From Flavobacteriales bacterium (GTDB taxonomy: Bacteria > Bacteroidota > Bacteroidia > Flavobacteriales_F > PHOS-HE28), in NCBI GenBank assembly GCA_016788285.1, contig JAEUSW010000063.1:1-62124 (forward strand): 62,124 bases of DNA. The letters run 5' to 3'. Within the stretch, counting starts at the first letter, position 1. The number at the start of each line of letters is the position of its first letter. Of this stretch, positions 56,923 through 62,124 are shown piece by piece. The position numbers were made by a program, and so were the translations under genes. The notes under the pieces are model-generated. The model was not told the origin of the DNA and made no database searches. It saw only the letters and a program-made list of their open reading frames with translations.

Positions 56923-57653
56923 GGACCCTGCCCGCCCTCCTCTCCGCCGCCCTGCTCGCCGGCTGTACCGGGTCCTCCGCCCGGCCCCATGACCCACCCG
57001 CACCTGCCGCGATGCCCGCTGAACGACCCGTATTGCTCTATGTGATGGACCCCTTGTGCGGCTGGTGCTATGCCTTCGGCCACGAGCTGGACCAGGTGCG
57101 GCGGCAGCTGGCCGACAGCGTCGACGTGCAGCTGGTGCTGGGCGGCATGGTCACCGGCGACCGCGAAGGGCCCATGGGCGACATGGCCGACTACATCCTC
57201 AACGCCATCCCCCGGCTGGAGTCGTACACCGGTGTGCGCATCGGCGAGCCCTACAAGGACCAACTGCGCCTCGGCACGCGCTGGAGCAGCAGCGTGCCGC
57301 CGAGCCTGGCCATCGCCGCCTTCCGCGCGCTGGCCCCCGACCGCACCGTCGCCTTCGCCCACGAGGTGCAGCACGCGTACTTCCGTGATGGCCTCGACCT
57401 CAACGACCGAAGCCTCTACCCCACCCTCGCCGCGCGCCATGGTGTGGACGGTGCCCAACTGGCCGCGGCCCTGGCCGACCCGGCCGCCAAGCTCGCCTTC
57501 GAGGCGGATATGCGGCGTTCCGGCGAGCTCGGCGTGCAGGGGTTCCCGGCCGTGTTCATCGTGGTGAAGGGCAGCCCCCGGCCGGTGAGCAGCGGCTACC
57601 GCAGCGCCGCGGACCTGCTGGCCGCCGTGCGTGCGACGTTGCAGGCCCGCTGA
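56919..57653 (+). CDS. DsbA-family thioredoxin-fold lipoprotein
   Basis: Starts MRTLPALLSAALLAGC (lipobox). Active-site-like DPLCGWCY and C-terminal GVQGFPA. Confidence 0.8.
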   Translation: MRTLPALLSAALLAGCTGSSARPHDPPAPAAMPAERPVLLYVMDPLCGWCYAFGHELDQVRRQLADSVDVQLVLGGMVTGDREGPMGDMADYILNAIPRLESYTGVRIGEPYKDQLRLGTRWSSSVPPSLAIAAFRALAPDRTVAFAHEVQHAYFRDGLDLNDRSLYPTLAARHGVDGAQLAAALADPAAKLAFEADMRRSGELGVQGFPAVFIVVKGSPRPVSSGYRSAADLLAAVRATLQAR

Positions 57654-57695
57654 GCCGCATACCAAGCTGAAGCGGGCACCGTTACTTTGCCGCCC

Positions 57696-60215
57696 ATGCT
57701 GCGCACCGCCCTGCTCGCGCTGTTCCTGTTCCCCGTGCTCTCCGCCCTCGCGCAGCAGGAGGGCACCCTCTTCGGCACCGTGCGCACCCCCGACGGCCGC
57801 GTGGCGCCCTTCGTCAACGTGTTCGTGGAGGGCATGGCCCGCGGCACCGCCACCGCCGACGACGGCCGCTACGAGCTGAAGGTGCCCGCCGGGGTGGAGC
57901 TGCTGCTGCGCTTCAGCTTCGCCGGCAGCACCCAGGACCGCCGGGTGACCGTGCGCGCCGGCGAGCGGCAGCGGCTGGACGTGGAGCTGCCCGTGAACAC
58001 CCTGGGGCAGGTGGACGTGCGCAGCGGCGACAGCGAGCGCGACGCCGGCATCACCGTGCTCGACGCCAAGCTCACGCGCTTCATGCCCAGCCCCATGGGC
58101 GGCGTGGAGGCCCTGCTCAGCGGCCAGCTCGGCGTGGTGATGCGCAACGAGCTGAGCTCCGGCTACAGCGTGCGCGGCGGCAACTTCGACGAGAACCTGG
58201 TGTACGTCAACGGCATCGAGGTGTACCGCCCCTTCCTGGTGCGCGCCGGCCAGCAGGAGGGCCTCAGCTTCCCCAACCCCGACCTCATCGAGCGCATCCA
58301 CTTCAGCGCCGGCGGCTTCGAGGCCCGCTATGGCGACAAGCTCAGCAGCGTGCTCGACATCACCTACAAGCGCCCCAAGGGCTTCGCCGGATCGGCCACC
58401 GCCAGCCTCCAGGGCGGCGCCATCCACCTGGAGAGCGCCATGCTGAAGAAGCGCCTGCGGCAGATCACCGGCTTCCGCTACCGCACCAACGCCTACCTGC
58501 TGCGCAGCCTCGACACCCGCGGTGAGTACGACCCGCGCTACCTCGACCTGCAGTCGTACTGGACCTACGACCTCAGCGACAAGGTGGAGCTCGGCTTCCT
58601 GGGCCTCTACTCCAGCAACCAGTACCGCCTGATCCCCCAGAGCCGCCAGACCGAGTTCGGCAACTTCAACCAGGCCCTGCGCTTCACGGTGTACTTCGAG
58701 GGCCGCGAGCGCACCGAGTTCGACACCTGGTCCGGCGCCCTCAACCTCAACTGGAAGGCCGGCAAGGACGCCCTGCTGAAGTTCACCGTCAGCGCCTTCG
58801 ACACGCGCGAGACCGAGACCTTCGACGTGCTGGGCCAGTACTTCCTCGATGAGCTCGACCGCGACCTGGGCAGCGACCAGTTCGGCGAGGTGGTGCGCAA
58901 CCTGGGCGTGGGCGGCTACCTGGACCACGCCCGCAACGACCTCAGCGCGCAGGTGGTCACCGTGGCCCACCGCGGCTACAAGCAGCTGCGCAAGAGCTAC
59001 CTGCAATGGGGCGTCGACGGCCGCCGCGAGACCATCAGCGACCGCCTGAGCGAGTGGACCATGGTGGACTCGGCCGACTACAGCATCCCGCAGAGCGACG
59101 GCGAGGACCTGGAGCTGAGCTACGTACTGAAGAGCCGCGCCGAACTGGAGAGCTACCGCGCCAGCGCCTACGTGCAGAACGCGTGGACCTGGGAGACCCG
59201 CCCCGGCCGCAGCTGGGGCCTCAACGCCGGCCTGCGCGCCAACTGGTGGAGCTACAACCAGGAGACCGTGGTGAGCCCCCGCCTGCGCGCCACCTACGCC
59301 CCCGGATGGACGCGCGTGACCCACAAGGGCGACACCGTGGACCGCCGCCACCGCTTCTGGTTCGCCACCGGCCTCTACTACCAGCCCCCCTTCTACCGCG
59401 AGCTGCGCGGCTTCGACGGTCAGCTCAACCCCGACATCCGCGCCCAGCGCAGCATCCACGTCCTGCTCGGCTGGGAGCGCGAGCTGCGCATCTTCCAGCG
59501 CCCCTTCAAGCTCACCACCGAGGCCTACTACAAGCACATGGACAACGTGATCCCCTACGAGGTGGACAACGTGCGCATCCGCTACTACGGCCGCAACAAC
59601 GCCCGGGCCTACGCCGCGGGGATCGACCTGAAGCTCAACGGCGAGCTCATCCCCGGCATCGAGTCGTGGGCCGGGGTGAGCGTGATGACCGTGCAGGAGG
59701 ACCTGACGGACGACTTCTACTACCTGCGCTTCAACGCCGCCGGCGACACCATCCGGCCGGGCTACACCTTCGACCAGGTGGCCGTGGACTCCACGCGCAT
59801 CGAGCCGGGCTACATCCCCAAGCCCACCGACCAGCGCGTCAACTTCGCCCTCTACTTCCAGGATGAGATGCCGCGCTGGCCCACCTTCAAGGTGCACCTC
59901 AACCTGGTCTTCGGCACCCGCCTGCCCTTCGGCCCGCCCAACGACGACCGCTACAGCGACACCCTGCGCACGGGCCTCTACCGCCGGGTGGACATCGGCT
60001 TCAGCAAGCAGCTGCTCGGCGCGCGCGGCCAGGAGAAGAAGGGCTTCCTGCGCCACATCAACGACATGTGGGTGAGCGTGGAGGTCTTCAACCTGCTCAA
60101 CATCAACAACACCATCGACTACACCTGGGTGCAGGACGTGAGCGGCCGCTTCTACGCCATCCCGGACAACCTCACCCCGCGCCGCCTCAACGTGAAGCTC
60201 ATCGCCTGGTTCTGA
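57696..60215 (+). CDS. TonB-dependent receptor with an N-terminal carboxypeptidase-regulatory-like domain
   Basis: Starts MLRTALLALFLFPVLSALAQ. GTVRTPDG...V.V.G...GT.TADDGRYEL, a plug domain, and a C-terminal beta-barrel ending LNVKLIAWF. The track start at 57687 is the TTG of the promoter box. Confidence 0.9.
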   Translation: MLRTALLALFLFPVLSALAQQEGTLFGTVRTPDGRVAPFVNVFVEGMARGTATADDGRYELKVPAGVELLLRFSFAGSTQDRRVTVRAGERQRLDVELPVNTLGQVDVRSGDSERDAGITVLDAKLTRFMPSPMGGVEALLSGQLGVVMRNELSSGYSVRGGNFDENLVYVNGIEVYRPFLVRAGQQEGLSFPNPDLIERIHFSAGGFEARYGDKLSSVLDITYKRPKGFAGSATASLQGGAIHLESAMLKKRLRQITGFRYRTNAYLLRSLDTRGEYDPRYLDLQSYWTYDLSDKVELGFLGLYSSNQYRLIPQSRQTEFGNFNQALRFTVYFEGRERTEFDTWSGALNLNWKAGKDALLKFTVSAFDTRETETFDVLGQYFLDELDRDLGSDQFGEVVRNLGVGGYLDHARNDLSAQVVTVAHRGYKQLRKSYLQWGVDGRRETISDRLSEWTMVDSADYSIPQSDGEDLELSYVLKSRAELESYRASAYVQNAWTWETRPGRSWGLNAGLRANWWSYNQETVVSPRLRATYAPGWTRVTHKGDTVDRRHRFWFATGLYYQPPFYRELRGFDGQLNPDIRAQRSIHVLLGWERELRIFQRPFKLTTEAYYKHMDNVIPYEVDNVRIRYYGRNNARAYAAGIDLKLNGELIPGIESWAGVSVMTVQEDLTDDFYYLRFNAAGDTIRPGYTFDQVAVDSTRIEPGYIPKPTDQRVNFALYFQDEMPRWPTFKVHLNLVFGTRLPFGPPNDDRYSDTLRTGLYRRVDIGFSKQLLGARGQEKKGFLRHINDMWVSVEVFNLLNINNTIDYTWVQDVSGRFYAIPDNLTPRRLNVKLIAWF

Positions 60216-60259
60216 CCACCCGCCGGCGGTCGGCCGCCGTGCCCTACTTTCGCCGGAGC

Positions 60260-60643
60260 ATGAAGCGGGCACTCCTCCCCCTCCTGGCCTCCACCCTGCT
60301 GGCCGCCTGTGGCACCCACAAGTTCGTGGCCTCCACCCACCCCAACGGCAAACCCGAGGTGGTCATCTTCATGAAGGGCCAAGGCGAGGAGGCCGAGAAG
60401 GTGATGGAGAAGGTGTACTACCCCAACGGCCAGCTGGAGTACACCGGCCACTTCGAGAACGGGGTGGAGCACGGCCAATGGACCTACTACTACGAGAGCG
60501 GCACCAAGAAGTACCTGGAGAGCTGGGAGAACGGTGTGGAGCACGGCATCCACTACGACTACAGCCCCGACGGCCAGATCTACCGCGAGCTGCACTACGA
60601 GCGCGGCAAGCTGGTGAAGGAGGTGGACCGCAGCAAGCGGTAA
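60260..60643 (+). CDS. MORN-repeat-variant (YwqK-like) lipoprotein
   Basis: Starts MKRALLPLLASTLLAACG (lipobox). Repeated G..HG.W..YY.SG motifs. Confidence 0.8.
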   Translation: MKRALLPLLASTLLAACGTHKFVASTHPNGKPEVVIFMKGQGEEAEKVMEKVYYPNGQLEYTGHFENGVEHGQWTYYYESGTKKYLESWENGVEHGIHYDYSPDGQIYRELHYERGKLVKEVDRSKR

Positions 60644-60683
60644 GCCCCGGCCCATTTCGAGCCCTGAGGCATACCACACCCTC

Positions 60684-60752
60684 GCGCGAGCGTCCACGCT
60701 CGTGCGTCGGCCCCACGTCAGGCGTTCAAGGCACGAGCGTGGACGCTCGTGC
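60684..60752. terminator. long palindromic hairpin (22-bp stem with one G-T, 25-nt loop); putative bidirectional terminator, copy 1
   Basis: gcgcgagcgtccacgctcgtgc ... gcacgagcgtggacgctcgtgc. Each arm is itself internally palindromic (gagcgt-cc-acgctc). Confidence 0.4.
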
Positions 60753-60764
60753 CAGAAGTGGGGG

Positions 60765-60938
60765 CACGGCCAGTGGACCAACTACTACGAGAGCGGCACC
60801 AAGAAGTACCTGGAGAGCTGGGAGAACGGCGTGGAGCACGGCATCCACTACGACTACAGCCCCGACGGCCAGATCTACCGCGAGCTGCACTACGAGCGCG
60901 GCAAGCTGGTGAAGGAGGTGGACCGCACCAAGCGGTAA
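60765..60938 (+). pseudogene. duplicated 3' fragment (last ~57 codons) of the YwqK-like gene
   Basis: It translates to HGQWTNYYESGTKKYLESWENGVEHGIHYDYSPDGQIYRELHYERGKLVKEVDRTKR. It has no N-terminus; the apparent ATG of track ORF 60702 lies in the hairpin loop. Confidence 0.7.
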
Positions 60939-60978
60939 GCCCCGGCCCATTTCGAGCCCTGAGGCATACCACACCCTC

Positions 60979-61047
60979 GCGCGAGCGTCCACGCTCGTGC
61001 GTCGGCCCCACGTCAGGCGTTCAAGGCACGAGCGTGGACGCTCGCGC
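60979..61047. terminator. long palindromic hairpin (perfect 22-bp stem, 25-nt loop), copy 2; lies just after the rocD stop
   Basis: 60979-61000 pairs with 61026-61047. Confidence 0.4.
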
Positions 61048-61064
61048 CAGAAGTGGGGCCGTGC

Positions 61065-62124
61065 TCAGGCGAACTGCCCCACGCTGGTGCGGATGATGTT
61101 CACGCACTCCATCAACTGCTCCCCGGTGATCACCAGCGGCGGGGCGAAGCGGATGATGTCGCCGTGGGTGGGTTTGGCCAGCAGGCCGTTGTCGCGCAGG
61201 AGCAGGCAGAGCTCCCAGGCGGTCTTCGGCGTGCCATCGGCGGCCGTGCGGGGCTCGATCACCAGCGCGTTGAGCAGGCCGCGGCCGCGCACCAGCTTCA
61301 CAAAGGCGAACTCGTCCACCAGCTTCTGCATCTCGGCGCGGAAGAGCCGGCCCAGGCGGTCGGCGTTGCCGGAGAGGTCCTCGTCCTGCACGATGCCCAG
61401 CGCCTCGATGGCCAGGCGCGCGCCCATGGGGTTGCCGCCGTAGGTGCTGCCGTGCGTGCCGGGGGTGAAGACGTTCATCACCGCATCATCGGCGAGCACC
61501 GCACTCACCGGGTACATGCCGCCGCTGAGGGCCTTGGCGAGGATCACCACATCGGGGCGCTGTACGCCTCCGCGCGCTTCGCAAAGGCCCTTGGCGCAGC
61601 CGCAGCCGTTGTGGTGGCAGCTGGCCAGCAGGCGGCCCGTGCGCGCGATGCCGGTCTGGATCTCGTCCGCGATGAAGAGCACGTTGCGGGCCTTGCAGGC
61701 GGCGATGGCGCGGGGGATGTAGTCGTCGGCCGGCACGTACACGCCCTTCTCGCCCTGGATGGGCTCCACCAGGAAGGCGCAGACGTGCGGGTCCTCCAGG
61801 GCCTTCTCCAGCGCGGGGAGATCGTCGTAGGGGATCACCTCGAAGCCGGGCGTGAAGGGCCCGAAGCCGCCCTGGCTGTCGGGGTCGGTGCTCATGCTGA
61901 CGATGGTGATGGTGCGGCCGTGGAAGTTGCCCTCACACACGATCACCTTCGCCTGCCCGGAGGGGATGCCCTTCTTCTCATAACCCCACTTGCGCGCCAT
62001 CTTGATCGCCGTCTCCACCGCCTCGGCGCCGGTGTTCATGGGCAGCATGCGGTCGTAGCCGAAGAGGGTGCACACGGTGCGGGCGTACTCGCCGAGCACG
62101 CTGTTGTAGAAGGCGCGGCTGGTG
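61065..62124 (-). CDS. rocD: ornithine aminotransferase (class-III PLP aminotransferase); N-terminus beyond the window
   Basis: [26 protein letters not shown] and STYGGNP. The frame is open to the window end. Confidence 0.9.
   Translation of the reverse strand, partial: TSRAFYNSVLGEYARTVCTLFGYDRMLPMNTGAEAVETAIKMARKWGYEKKGIPSGQAKVIVCEGNFHGRTITIVSMSTDPDSQGGFGPFTPGFEVIPYDDLPALEKALEDPHVCAFLVEPIQGEKGVYVPADDYIPRAIAACKARNVLFIADEIQTGIARTGRLLASCHHNGCGCAKGLCEARGGVQRPDVVILAKALSGGMYPVSAVLADDAVMNVFTPGTHGSTYGGNPMGARLAIEALGIVQDEDLSGNADRLGRLFRAEMQKLVDEFAFVKLVRGRGLLNALVIEPRTAADGTPKTAWELCLLLRDNGLLAKPTHGDIIRFAPPLVITGEQLMECVNIIRTSVGQFA

Larger units (their letters stand above)
60470..61059 (+). repeat. 295-bp tandem duplication (2.0 copies) covering the 3' end of the YwqK-like gene plus its downstream palindrome
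   Basis: Copy 1 is 60470-60764 and copy 2 is 60765-61059. I saw only a handful of substitutions between them. Confidence 0.9.

Noticed and set aside
56649-60272. 1207-aa minus-strand ORF.
   Set aside because: It is antisense to the DsbA-like gene and the TonB-dependent receptor, both of which have clear family motifs. The composition is shadow-like (AGVEH-rich).
60260-60643. A toxin-antitoxin system, because the family is often labelled YwqK antitoxin.
   Set aside because: No toxin partner is adjacent. The product has a lipoprotein signal and MORN-variant repeats, and the label is a family name only.
60702-60938. 78-aa ORF after the YwqK-like gene, considered as a separate small gene.
   Set aside because: Its start lies in the loop of the palindromic hairpin. 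Residues 22-78 are a near-exact copy of the upstream gene's C-terminus, created by the 295-bp duplication. I call it a pseudogene fragment.

Overview
The window is a densely coding, visibly GC-rich segment (roughly two-thirds G+C by eye, not computed). It looks like chromosomal DNA of a high-GC member of Bacteroidota. The grounds are a T9SS type-B (CHU_C-like) C-terminal sorting domain, bacillithiol deacetylase BshB1, TAnnTTTG-type -7 promoter boxes, no Shine-Dalgarno signals, and a CcmD-family small protein typical of the phylum.

I support about 66 protein genes, one tRNA-His and several repeat structures. Gene content is mostly housekeeping, envelope and stress:
- a LemA-TPM-TPM-TerB/J-domain operon
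- DUF4920-PAP2-isoaspartyl peptidase
- a RimB-like protease and a separate rimK
- TerC, OmpA/PD40, AsmA and aroC
- glycosyltransferases plus a flippase
- NhaD, Crp/Fnr, a CDF exporter, a 1-Cys peroxiredoxin and two lipoprotein GPx genes
- System I cytochrome c maturation genes ccmBCDEF, run together with DUF2520-kdsC-ubiA-maf in one tight operon
- mazG
- an ArsR-led island of SRPBCC/DUF1801/GyrI/DoxX small ligand-binding proteins
- a TonB-dependent receptor and rocD

I found no CRISPR array, transposase, integrase, recognisable defence system or biosynthetic cluster.

The most unusual signals are these:
1. A 146/147-bp tandem array behind tRNA-His re-copies the last 17 nt of the tRNA.
2. Two promoter-proximal arrays of the octamer CATGTGCN lie in the same orientation relative to the downstream gene.
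3. A ~245-aa C-terminal module with dockerin-like repeats, ending in QLP, is shared by two unrelated secreted enzymes.
4. Many -7 boxes sit only 4-9 nt from start codons, which implies leaderless mRNAs.
5. The ArsR island carries an amplified set of SRPBCC paralogues.

Caveats: all homology calls come from recognising motifs in the translated ORFs; no BLAST or HMM search was run. The ORF track contains many long GC-shadow ORFs and translates TTG/GTG starts as M, so several starts were moved to internal ATGs by codon arithmetic.
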